This document shows, piece after piece, positions 1-11,560 of a DNA stretch of 64,000 bases. The DNA is from Dicyema japonicum. Its lineage: Eukaryota; Animalia; Dicyemida. Under the pieces are notes generated by a model that had not been told where the DNA came from, ran no database searches, and worked only from the letters and a program-made list of their open reading frames with translations. The stretch covers positions 1,316,013-1,380,012 of the forward strand of contig RDEW01000009.1 of assembly GCA_011109175.1 (NCBI GenBank), read 5' to 3'. The position numbers and the translations under genes were made by a program. The stretch's first letter is position 1, and every line of letters starts with the position of its first letter.

Positions 1-1050
1 TGACGTATCGAAGTATTCTTCCATGACGACGTTTGCTGGCGTGTCTTGTTCCAATCTGAGAATATGGCCAAACAATCTCCAGCGAGCCTTCATGATCATG
101 GTGCTCAGAGGTCCGGAACCGCATCTTCTATATAAATTTTCACTCCCTACACGCATTGGCCACTTTAGTCCCAAGAGAGACCGAAGTTGCCTTCTGTGAA
201 AGGAGTCAAGGTTTTGTTCGTCCGTTTTCGAAATTCCCCACGTCCCAGAGTTGTATGTTAGTATGGGCCTCACGAACGCCTCATACAACCTGAGTCGGAG
301 TGATGGCCCGACCGAGCATTTTCTTATCCAACATTTCATAAGTTTTTGCATAGTAACCGTAGATAACAATTTTCTTCTTGCAATGTCTTCGGAGTCTCCG
401 AGAAGAGAGCCAAGCTTTACGGTCTTCCTCCAACATTCACTATTGCGTAGTTCCATCCGCTTAATTTCAACAATATCCGTTTTCTGAACATTCAGTGATA
501 GACACCATTTGGCCAAACAGCCTGATGCAACCTCCAAGAGACGTAAGAGTGCTTCTTTGTCAGTCGAGATAAAGTCAACATCATCGGCATACACGATCTC
601 CATAATATCATTGTTGTAATACTTCCGGAGGTCTTGCAGAGCCGATTCAAGGTATATAGCAAACAATACTGGGGAAAGGGAATCTCCTTGGGGTGTGCCC
701 ACTGTTGAAATAATTTCCCGTGACAAACATTTTCCAATACGCACTCGTAACCTCGTGTTTGATAAGAGTATCCGTATCAGAATAACCGAGTCCTTATCCA
801 GGAAACTTTCAAGCACTTCAATGAGTTTTCCCCGACGGACAGTGTCGAAAGCTCTGGTCAGATCAATTCCAAGGATAGTCTTTGAGCTCCGGAATCTTTG
901 TTGAATAGCACATTGCCATCTATGGCACCATACTACATCAGCCGTTGATCTCCCTGTCCTAAAACCACTCTGGCTCTGGGCCAAGTACCCGTCCACCGGC
1001 TCTTGGATCCGATTAAGAGTAATTAGGGCAAGGATCTTCCTTAAGGTGTT
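1..1050 (-). mobile_element. RTE-clade non-LTR retrotransposon, RT and downstream region, decayed
   Basis: Minus-strand translation gives QSGFRTGRST, GIDLTRAFDTV, GTPQGDSLSPVLFAIYLE, YADDV and TWG...LDSFHRRQLR...RWRLFGHILRL; frameshifted. Confidence 0.9.
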
Positions 1051-1244
1051 TTAGAAGGATGGAATATACTTTAAAATAAGAAAGTCAACGAACTCTGAGG
1101 TGGAATATAAATATTACAACATGTAAAACGTCTTGAGGGTGACAAAGGAACTTTGATAGAGATTTGTTCCAGAATAGGGTCTCCTTCGCAAAAGAGAAGA
1201 TATAAATGAGGTGACATCTGTGAACAAATGACCCTGCCTAGCAA

Positions 1245-1620
1245 ACGTTAATAATCCTTCACCGAGACTTCTTGTCCGGTCTTTTCAGAGTATAATGTAG
1301 CCAGGAAGCGTGGTGGCTGACGTGGAGAGTTTAGACTCTGAATAATAACAATGTTCACTGTCAAAAGGGCCAAGAGGCAACGTAGCTTCAGCACTTTATT
1401 ACGGATTCCATTGACATTGAGTTGGAAAATGACCAGCGTGGAATCAGGACCCGGGTAGGATTGATGTCTCCAGCCTGGAGTAGCAAATTGGGAACGACAA
1501 ATTTGGTAGGCCACCCTTCCAAAGACGTAGAGGGGTAAATAAATTCAAACGGTTCTTTTTTATGCAAAACTTGCACCGGGCGCCACCACAACAACAGGTG
1601 AACCGGATGCCGCCACGCTA
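1245..1620 (-). mobile_element. APE-endonuclease fragment of an I/Jockey-like LINE
   Basis: LVIFQLNVNGIRNK...IVIIQ is the APE N-terminal motif; similar piece at 25100-25680. Confidence 0.6.
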
Positions 1621-1829
1621 AATAATATCTATGATTTTTCTGAAAGACCAAATAAATTTCGTAAGAAAAATAATGGATGTATCGAACGGATCCTGTTATT
1701 GGCGAAAAGGAAGTGTTCTAAACATTGTCTGAGGAATTTATTTTCGAATGTGATCAAATATAAGAGATGAGGAGATATGTCTCAATCCCGGGAGGGTTTA
1801 CTTATCTCAGAAGAAGTGCCATAAGCATT

Positions 1830-2740
1830 GTAAGCTTAAAGTGAACCCTCTATGTTTATTTCAGTTAAAAGCTGATGGAAAAATAAGAAGTTGAAAAAAA
1901 AGTATCGGCACTTAAGGGTCTTTGTATCGATCATTATCCTCTGACGAGATAAACACCGCTTTGTGTGAGAATAAGCTGCTGGATTGGACTCAATCCCAAT
2001 ATTATCATTAAGCACTAGCGAACTGCCATGATGATGACAAAGCATGTGCAAATCGGGAAGCTAACAATAAAGCACATTCTCAATCTATCTTCCATGATTT
2101 CTATCGAGATTGAAGAACACTTCATCCTTTCGTACACAGTTGCGTTTGATAGTGTGGGCGTCTTCAGAACGATATCATTTGCCTCAATGCGTTCGGTGAA
2201 AAGATTCCAACTTTTTTGAGTCTGTCTATGAACAGGTCAAGGTGCTCGCGTTGTTAAGCAGCACAGGCTTGACTAACGTGTTGTAGTAGAATAGTCTCGT
2301 ATTCTGCTCTTTTTACACAAGTCAGGTTTTCTTCAGTTTTCGCAATGCTACATCTCAATAAGGATATTTAAGAATGCAGATGTTAGTCAACGTGTTTACA
2401 TATTATTTTTCCTGAACTTCTCTATAAGCTATTAAGAGCAAAAGAACTCCTATTGTGATCCCAAATGGATTAGGACCTTCAAGACTTCTTGAAAACTTTT
2501 CAAGTCCTCTTGATTTTAAAGTCAAGTATACAATCTCCAGTATGACGAAAGGTTACCGTAGCACTTTTGGTTGACTATCCTGAATAAAACTTGAAGATAT
2601 TCAATAAAATTGGGGCATAGGTTGAGAAATGTACTCAAAACATCTTATTTATGAATATTAGAAATTGATCCCTGTCCCCTCTTAAAGTGCACAAAAAAGA
2701 CAATGGCTTTCATTCACGAAAAGAAATTGACGGCGAGTAA
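1830..2740 (-). mobile_element. Highly decayed RTE-like LINE fragment
   Basis: Minus strand IRLFYYNTLVKPVLLNNAST...KKLESFHR matches the post-RT region of the other RTE copies; many stops. Confidence 0.6.
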
Positions 2741-2903
2741 AGGAGAATTTTCGTGATAGCAGTTCACGTGTTTTAGTTAATTTGTAATTTTTCAGTATAA
2801 TCCACTGGATAGTTTAATTTTTTTAATATTTAAATTTATTTTTTACGATTAGTTAAAAATAAAACAATAAATATTAAACTACATACATAAATTATCGCTT
2901 CTG

Positions 2904-4684
2904 ATGATTTTATTGCTTTCTCTGATTGCTTTGACATTTGGTTCTAATAATTTCGAGCCAAAAGCTGTATATTCGTGTAAAGGAGAAATATTACTGCCCT
3001 ACGTCAATATAGTGGAGCCATTTACTATAAAATACGACTCCGAAACAAACTCGTCACTTATCACCTATTATGGTATGAAAACTAACATTATCAATAGGTG
3101 TCTCACATTATATGAGTTCTCAACGATATGGCTCATTTTCAGTCGTTCCTGGATCTTCAAATGGAGTCCAACGAATGAAATGTATCAAAGGCGGGAAATT
3201 TCAGTCGGTCTTTCCTGATTTGAAGTCCTTCTCAGTAAATGGGAATTATAACTTTAAGAAACTCCCAGGGACATACGCCTGTAAATCAGATGACGGGAGA
3301 CTAAATAGAAATGGAAAGTGTTTTGTATGGAGAAAAATTGAGGATGTATTAGAGAGAAATAACACTTATCTCTTCTTCACTGATGAGCGACTGGTCCCAT
3401 CAAGATATGAAATGTTTGGATATGACACTTTATTCGGATCTCATTACGATAAATACATGATCAACTACCATGAGTATGACGATTACCCCCATAACTCTGT
3501 CGATCATAAAATAGAATCAATTATCAATAGTTGTGGATCTTTATCACTTTAGAGTTCTGTACTGTCAGAAATTGTCAAGTAAAAGATGATATGAATATTG
3601 ACCTGATTTCTGAGTTTTTTGACCCGGAAAGTGCGGAAAATGTTCACAAACTGCACTTTAATTCCTCCATCTTAAACCATAAGCCAAAATTTGAGTCAGA
3701 ACTTGATTTACTTGAAGCAGAGAACAACCACAAACATTCCTTGCGGTGATCTTGTCATTACTTATTTTAAGTTTTGTGATGGCTCACAACAGAAAGGATT
3801 CCTCATTCAAATTGTCAGTCAACCACAAATCATTTGAATCATGGAATTCGTCAAAACGACGTCCGGAATGTTTAAAACAAAATAATCCCACTTATAGAGA
3901 TAGTCCTCTATATATGGGGGATATTATTGCCACTGAAAATGTTAAGCTACCAAATGAATGGGATTGGCGGGCATATGGTTGTTGTGAGTCTCACTTTAGG
4001 TGCTGTATCTCCCGTAAAGGACCAGGCCATTTGCGGATCATGTTGGTCGTTTAGTACTACCGGTGTAATTGAGTCACATTACTTCATCAAAACAAATAAT
4101 TCCGTCTTATTTTCAGAACAACAACTTGTGGACTGTTCGTGGGGTCAAGACAACAACGGCTGCTTCGGAGGACTCGATGTGAATTCGTATGCTTATATAG
4201 ACTTATATGGACTCGCATCAACTGAAGAGTATGGGTCATATATGGGAATGGTCCTTCTCAAATCTGATTTGTAGGACATGTCTTGTAAGAAAGGAGATTT
4301 CCGTCAACATTTTAAACTGAAGGGGTTCAAAATGGTCCCCAATAACGTAGCTTCCATAATGCATGCTCTCTATACTGTGGGACCCCTCTCGATTGGAATT
4401 GATGCCAGTCAAAGGACTTTTAATTTCTATAAATCTGGAATTTACAATGACCCCAATTGCTGTAGATTATGATGATTATTCCAGCGTCTGAAAATTTGGA
4501 CCATGCTGTGCTTTTGGTTGGATACAAGCTTACTGGGAATAATACTGGCTATTGGATTGTGAAGAACTCGTGGAGCACAAATTGGGGCGATGACGGATTT
4601 ATTAAAGTAGCCATGAATGACAATCGTTGTGGTGTCTGTACTCAAGTGACATATCCAATCTTTGATTACTCAAGATTTGTCTAA
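2904..4684 (+). CDS. Cathepsin L-like papain-family cysteine protease with long N-terminal region (26/29-kDa protease type), 7 mini-introns
   Basis: Signal peptide MILLLSLIALTFG; YEMFGYDTLFGSHYDKY motif; mature domain [59 protein letters not shown]. GT-AG introns 3073-3097, 3235-3258, 3530-3552, 3746-3771, 3978-3999, 4251-4274 and 4462-4484 (22-26 nt) give one continuous frame. Confidence 0.93.
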
Positions 4685-5149
4685 CGGTCAGTTTTACTTT
4701 GGTTTATTCTATCGGTCATTCTTGCTATTTGTTGATTGTTAGTATATTTAGCGATTGGGTCAGTGACCTAGTTCTGTTTCTTAATTTTGTCAGCTCTTCT
4801 TTACTGTTTGTTTCTTCAGCCATCTATATGGGGGAGCCTCCCGTGAACTTGTACGGCTGATTAAGCTATTCCATTTTATTTAGGTTTACATGCATTCCAA
4901 TCTCCTATGATATTTTTTAAAGTAAATTAATTTTTCAAAAATTAAAACAATAGTTTTGTGGTGGGTACATTAATATTAAACAGTTTTAATTTTGTTAAAT
5001 TGATGTCATTAAAAGTGGTCGTTATTAGCATCATAGATTCACGGTAACTACAGTAAACTCTTTCAAATATGCCACTCTTAAAATTGCCAATTCTGAAATT
5101 TGCCATTTTTATCGACTTTTTCTATTTTTCAATTCTGAAGAGACAAATC

Positions 5150-5420
5150 TCCCTCCAGGACTGTGCGGTGGTTCACTCACTCCTCAACCAGGTATGTGAC
5201 TGGCTATCCATGAATTTGCTGTCTGTGTCTGCATCCAAGTCTTAGTTCAGCTAACTTACTACGGACAAAAGATTTAAAGGTAGACTTAAGATATTCCTCG
5301 GAAACATTCCCATCCTTTATACGCGAATCCACAAAATCCTTGGAGTGACATTCGACTCTTTTATGACGTTTTCCAGTCACACGGAGGTGTTAACCAAGGG
5401 TCTTTGAAAATGGAAAGTCT
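5150..5420 (+). mobile_element. I/Jockey-like LINE RT C-terminal fragment
   Basis: KILGVTFDSFMTFSSH motif. Confidence 0.55.
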
Positions 5421-5459
5421 TAAAAGCCATCATAAAAAGCCCCTTCCCTCATTCTGCTT

Positions 5460-5810
5460 TTTTTTTATTTTTATTTTAATAACCCCGGGAACACCGAGAA
5501 AGAAAGACAAAAGAGTCAAACAGTTAGGTGATCCCAGTCCTCGCAATCAATTGTGCCATTCGGCATCTGTGATCTTCCATCGTCCCCACTATTTTCCGGA
5601 AGAGCCTTCTCTCGGTCTTGCAGAGGAATCCGATCGGGGAGGGGAATTTCTTATCCAATCGGTTTTCTCTTGCCGTGGAAAGGATCAGGCGAAGCGGATT
5701 TCTATCTTCCTCACAGACGCGAAGAAATCCGGAGCCACGACTACGGATCTTAGCATTCTGCTTGTATCAGCAAATATCTTAAAGTCATTGTGCCGACGAT
5801 TGAATATGCC
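5460..5810 (-). mobile_element. LINE 3' end (ORF C-terminus ...RTGIT* plus 3' tail)
   Basis: KIVGTMEDHRCRMAQLIARTGIT* resembles the C-terminus of the RTE copy at 29460-30990 (EEHRAKMR...RAGIT*); followed by ttctcggtgttcccggggttattaaaataaaaataaaa. Confidence 0.65.
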
Positions 5811-5911
5811 TGTTCTGCTTAGACCATTTATAATTAGTCACATTTTATTATTTGTTTCATCTTAATAATAAAATATTTTAAATAGATAATTAAAAGTATT
5901 TATCCTTGTGA

Positions 5912-8460
5912 ATGTCTAAACGAAAGAATTTTGTTGACATAAAAGAAGATAAGAGTAGCAAGAAACGAAAGGATAATGAGACGACAAACATATTCTCAGG
6001 ACATTGTGATTCTTATATTAATTTTTAGTAAATAAACAAGAATCAGAAGATGAGCAGAGTGACCAATTTGCCCTTCTTCCTAAAGCTGCCTCGAAAAGGA
6101 TCAAAGAAGTCTTAAACACTAACAAGTTTGGTGCCAACGACTTTACTGAACAACTAAAGCTGAAAGACGACATCACTCAGTGTCCCCTCTGGGTGACCCC
6201 CAATGGACACATATTCCTTGAAGCCTTCTCTCCAATTTGGCAGCACGCACAGGATTTCCTAATAGCAATCGCAGAAGTACCCATGTTCTTAAATCTTAGC
6301 CCGTGTCCCGCCCTGAGTTCATCCACGAATACAGGATGACTGCCTACTCTCTTTATGCTGCCGTTTCCGTTGGCTTTGACACTAACCACATTATTGAGAG
6401 TCTGACCCGCCTTTCCAAGACATCAATCCCCGATTCTGTGCTTTCCTTCATCGAATCTTGCACACTCAGTTACGGGAAGGTCATGTTGGTCCTCAAATAC
6501 AACTGCTACTACCTGGAAACCAAATTGAGGGATGTTTACAACACACTCATAGCTGATTCTCTTTTGTCCTCATGTTTTGTGAAGGAACAGACTAAACTTC
6601 CTCCTCCTTCTGAACGGTGGTCATTTCTATAACTTTAGAGTCGATGACAAAGCCATGTACGAAGATGATGTACTCAATGTTGAGGATGACTCCATTTACT
6701 CTCTCCATGTGCAACAAGACAAGATTGAACTAGTTCAGAAACGCTGCAATGAATTGGAGTATCCCCTTCTGAGTGAGTATGACTACAAGAACGACTCCAC
6801 AATCCCCAATACTCCGTAATATAGTGTTCTTACTTAGAATTCGTTTGAAGCCATCGACTTTGCTGAGACCTTACCAGGAGAAGAGTCTGAGGAAGACATT
6901 CTGTAATGGGAGAGCTCGGTCTGGATTGATAGTGCTACCCTGTGGGGCTGGTAAATCCCTGGTGGGAGTCACGGCCGCTTGTACAATCAGAAAACGCTGT
7001 ATAATCCTCTGTACCTCCAACGTGTCTGTAGAACAGTGGAGATCTCAGGTACTCTCTTTAATTAGTCCAGTTTCGCTTGTGGACCGACATTTCTGACAAG
7101 CACATCTTTAAGTTCACGTCTTCTACCAAACAGCAGCCTGATGGTTGGTTGAGTGGTTATGGTAGATAAACACTTTGTGTGTATTAGCACGTATAATATG
7201 ATCTCCCATACAAAAAATCGGTCTTTTGAGTCAGAAATGGTGATGCAGTGGGTCAAGGAAAGAGAGTGGGGGCTTCTGATTCTCGATGGTAGTTGTTTGA
7301 GTAATAGAAGAGGTCCACACCATTCCTGCTAGGATATTCCGTCAGGTCTTAACGATACTGAGGGTTCATTGCAAGATTGGGTTGACAGCCACTTTAGTTA
7401 GGGAAGACGATAAGATCACTGACCTTAACTTTCTGATAGGGCCAAAATTATACGAGGCTAATTGGTTGGACCTCCAAAAGTCAGGATATATCGCACGTGT
7501 GAAATGTGCTGAGGTATTTTTATGTAAAACCCAGGTGTGGTGCCCAATGACTCCAGAATTCTTCCAGGAGTACATAAACAGCCCTAAACAGGCCAAGAAA
7601 ATGGTAAGGATTGTGTTTGAAACAGTTATTATATGTGATGAACCCCAATAAGTTCAGGGCCTGTCAGTTTCTGATAGACTACCATGAGAAACGGAATGAT
7701 AAGATTATCGTGTTCTCAGACTCGATTATGGCTTTGATGCACTACGCCGTTAAGCTAAAAAGTAAGGAATTTGGTAATTTGGGCATTATTTGTACGGACC
7801 TACGTCTCAAGAGGAACGGTTCTCCATTCTGCATAGATTCCAGACGAGTCCCACGGTTAACACGATATTTGTGTCAAAGGTTGTGTTGTTCACTAACCCA
7901 GGTGGCGGATACCTCTTTCGACTTGCCGGACGCTAATGTGCTGATTCAGATCTCTAGTCATGGGGGGTCTCGAAGGCAGGAGGCTCAGCGCTTGGGGAGA
8001 ATTCTGAGACCCAAGAAAGGCTGGCATTGGTGATTTATTGTAGGCATTGTTGGGGATGAGTACAACGCTTTCTTTTACTCTCTAATATCCCAGGACACTA
8101 CTGAGAGTAAGTATGCTGCCAAACGACACGCCTTTTTGGTTAACCAGGGATACTGCTATAATGTGATTAAGACTCTCCCTGGATTGGAAGATGCTCCACT
8201 GTTTTATTCCACCAAGAATGAACAAGCTGTACTTCTGCAGGAGGTTTTGAAACAGTGTGAGAAGGGAGTATTGGAGGAAGAGATTGAGGAATTGAAGAAG
8301 TCTGAGGTATCGACGGTGGGTGTGAGGAATATATTTGTAGACTGGGAGTCGTTCTATGTCTATGCTGTCGGGTGCACATGGATTAGTATATGCTGATACT
8401 ACTAAACGACCATCCCCTGCCAAAAGAGTACATCATCTTTTTAAAAAGTACAAAAGATAA
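5912..8460 (+). CDS. ERCC3: TFIIH/NER helicase XPB (ERCC3), about 13 mini-introns
   Basis: [99 protein letters not shown]; C-terminus [10 protein letters not shown]. Introns of 20-25 nt. Confidence 0.97.
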
Positions 8461-8804
8461 ATTTTATTGTTATTTTTATAATAAAAACTTTTTTGACTAT
8501 TCTCTGATTATAATACTAAATGACGTGGGGTTAGTCTTGTCTTCACATTGCATTTACTTGTGGGTCCGATTCCCACACCGCTTTTTTACTTGGTTGAAAG
8601 ATTTCCCTTGTGTTCTACGATTTCTTTAGGCATCATTAAATCCACTTAACTCAGGAAACGCCCAATGCCTGGCCGGTATTTAAATGGATCCTTTTTTTTC
8701 CTACTAGGGATTTCCTCAATGGTAGATACTTCTATCAAAAATAATTCTGGTCAGAAGGGGAAATTTTCTTGAAAGATGACAGGAAAAACTTACTTCAGTA
8801 ACGA

Positions 8805-9460
8805 TTTATTTTATTTATTTAATTTATTAAAGAGGATAAAAGTTATCGTCTAATTAAGTGATCCTAGTGTCCATACCAGTTTTTTTCTGCGGTTAGTTTT
8901 TGGAGTCCTGGATTAATCTGCACAGCGGGGAAGGTTCTTCTCATATCTCAGGCAGACGTCCATAAATAGTTTGATGTGAGGCCCGAAGAGATGGTCAGGG
9001 AACTTTGCCATCTTGAGGACCTTAATGGGGGAATCATACAACTCCATGATTGAAAGGGTCTTCTTAATGGGGAGCGGGGAATCATACAATTTATTTCTGG
9101 TGACCGTATTTCTTTTTGTGGTGAGGTAAACGTCGTTACATGTGACTTTCCTGGTGATATATTTAGATGGTTCATCAAGACCCATCAGGTTTAATATCTC
9201 TTGCACGGACGTGTCGCTTCCTCGACTCTTAGATGTTTCACTGCAACCAAGAATTGCTGGTTTGTTTTTCTTCAGGATAGGCTGCATCTTCAGATAGGTC
9301 TTTCATATTGACGGGATTTTGTTCTCGTTTATTGAGAGATTGAAATTTTTTGTTATTACCCAGGTTTTCAGTTCGAGAATGGAAGATGTTATCTGAACCG
9401 CGGGACGACGAGTTATTCATTTTCCTGTTTATTGAATGCACCATTGGAGGGTCGAAGAAA
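8805..9460 (-). mobile_element. Unassigned repeated ORF remnant ending in a LINE-type tail (probable divergent LINE 3' region)
   Basis: 8830-8990 is highly similar to 41521-41670; the same family occurs at 17400-17600 (+); ends actaggatcacttaa...taataaattaaataaat. Confidence 0.5.
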
Positions 9461-9469
9461 GTCCTGTTT

Positions 9470-9970
9470 TTATTATTAACCCAGGCTTACCATTGTAAGC
9501 CCAGCACAAACAGTCATAACTAACTAATCCAAGGAAGGAACCAAAGGGAGAACATCTGCTTGTGTCGACCAAATCATATTCCGATATTTCATTACAGGCT
9601 TACGCCTGCGAAGAGAGGTGGAGTAGTAGGCCTTCTTCCATTTTTGTCCCACGTCCTACCGTCGGGGACATCACTTCATTCTGTAGCGAAATAGTTTCAT
9701 AATGCAATCTTAATCGGAAGAAAGTCATGTTGGGACATTTATCCCTTTGACCGTGGCCTAAACGAACAACCAGGTCTTTTGAATGTGGTATAAACTAATA
9801 TTCACATAGTACTTCATAATGTCATTGGGATTTGCACATGACTCTCGATGTCCAATTAAAAGTGGAGAGCACTTCTTGAGCCTCCTTATCGATTTCCATC
9901 GTGTCCATTCAAAATGGCCTCCAATTATATTTACCAAGTCCTCGACATTTTTAGGTAAAAAAGTCATCTT
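9470..9970 (-). other. Decayed ORF (MTFLPKNVEDL...) with a tailed 3' end; possible viral matrix-like sequence
   Basis: ORF 9758-9967 continues after a frameshift. Its 3' part (9490-9560) recurs at 60840-60905 and ends cctgggttaataataa. An inverted partial paralog lies at 10235-10275. Confidence 0.25.
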
Positions 9971-10192
9971 TTTTAAATCTTATAAAAATTTATTTAGATG
10001 GCTATGTAGAACATTTACCAAGGTCCTCGACATCTTTAGGTAAAAAGGTCATCTTTTTTAAATCTTATAAAAATTGATTTTAACGGGTTCTAGGGTAAGT
10101 GTACATTTACCAAGGTCCTCGACATCTTTAAGTAAAAAAGTCATCTTTTTTAAATCTTATAAAAATTGATTTAATGGCTATGTAGAACATTT
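9929..10192. repeat. Three diverged tandem units of ~85-92 bp
   Basis: atttaccaa(g)gtcctcgacat.ttta.gtaaaaa.gtcatcttttttaaatcttataaaaatt occurs three times with substitutions and different spacers. Confidence 0.9.
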
Positions 10193-10292
10193 TAACAATA
10201 TCTCGTTATGTTTAATGATGAACTTGTCTAAAACTTGAAAAAAATAATTGGAAGCCATTTTGAATTGGACAGCGGAGGATGTATTATTCGTA

Positions 10293-10402
10293 GCTTTTCG
10301 CTAATTTCACTATTATTTTCAAATTTCCCATACAGAAGATTCAACTACTTCAACGACGCTAATTTCTCTCCTCTCGTAGCTTCTCGTAGCTTACTCAACG
10401 TG
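10293..10402 (+). repeat. Interspersed ~100-bp repeat (inverted copy at 26170-26266)
   Basis: tttcgctaatttcactattattttcaaattt...ttcaacgacgctaatttctctcctctcgtagc matches the reverse complement at 26170-26266. Confidence 0.8.
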
Positions 10403-11199
10403 ACAGTAAATCAAATCTATGACAATACCGTAAATAGTGAAACATCATTTGTAAACCAAAATTCTCTACGTGATTAATAATAATCAATTCGAAACTAATA
10501 AGTACATCGAATGTCACTACATTTACTTAACGAGAATCACCAATATAGGAAAAGTATTAGGTGATCCCTGACTTTCTTTTTAACATCCTTATCATGCACT
10601 TGTAGATGTACTTGATATGAATTGTGCCATTTTACCTGAAAAGACGTCAAAAGTGTGTGGTCCCTTCACAGGTGTCGATCTTGGTTGTATTCATTGTTAC
10701 CCTATGATGGCGATTATCATGATGGTTTGTCCGATACCTAAATGGGGCACCAAGTTTACCAAACTGCGGGGATGCCCGAAAAACAGGGGTTTATTATTAT
10801 TTCTGAAATTGAATCAATAATTAACATCAAACAACATTTTTTGCCAAAATAATCAGTTATTTTAAATTTAGTTTTAGAGTTTTGTCGTATATTATTTGTT
10901 TATTTTAGCCGGAAATTAAGAAGTCTCACAGCATTTTTGGTACCACATGTGAAATTTTTTTACCAAATTGTTTAGCAGATCCATGTTTCTACCAAATTGT
11001 TTAGCAGACGGCACTTTCAATATTCTCCGTTTCTGAATATCTACTATAGATATTATTTTTAAAAAAGCACAGAAAATGGAGGATAATTTATATAAGTTAT
11101 ATCAAATTACTCTGTGGAGATAAAATAATAGGTTAATAAATTCATAACATGACCTATTTTTATGCAGCATGAGTAGAACCATTTATTTCACTCGTGCAG

Positions 11200-11560
11200 C
11201 ATTCGAAACAATCTTCTGAACCAACCTCTTTCAACCTCCTTGATCATATAGAGTTTCCTCAAATCGTCCAGATCGTCTCCATTTCTTAGACTTTTGTTCA
11301 CAAGCATTAAATCTCGATCAATTGTTTCTTTAGTGTAACACGCAGACGTCCACATAAACACGTTTTCTTACTCATGAAGTATTCTGTATTGATATTTTAG
11401 CTGGATCATCTAAGTCCATTCGGACCCGTACAACATATTTTATATATCGATTATTTGTTTATTCTTGTTGGCCAGTTCAGTCGTAGAAAGGATCTAAGTT
11501 GTCTTTGGTGGAAAGAATCTTTACAAGTAGTTCGGTTTTGGACGTCCCCCAGGTCGATGA
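11200..11560 (-). mobile_element. RTE-like LINE post-RT fragment
   Basis: TWGTSKTELLVKDSFHQRQLRSFLRLNWPTRI...CCTGP. Confidence 0.7.

Noticed and set aside
9929-10192. CRISPR-like repeat-spacer array
   Set aside because: The repeat is ~60 bp, spacers 1 and 3 are homologous, the context is eukaryotic and there are no cas genes; it is a diverged tandem repeat.
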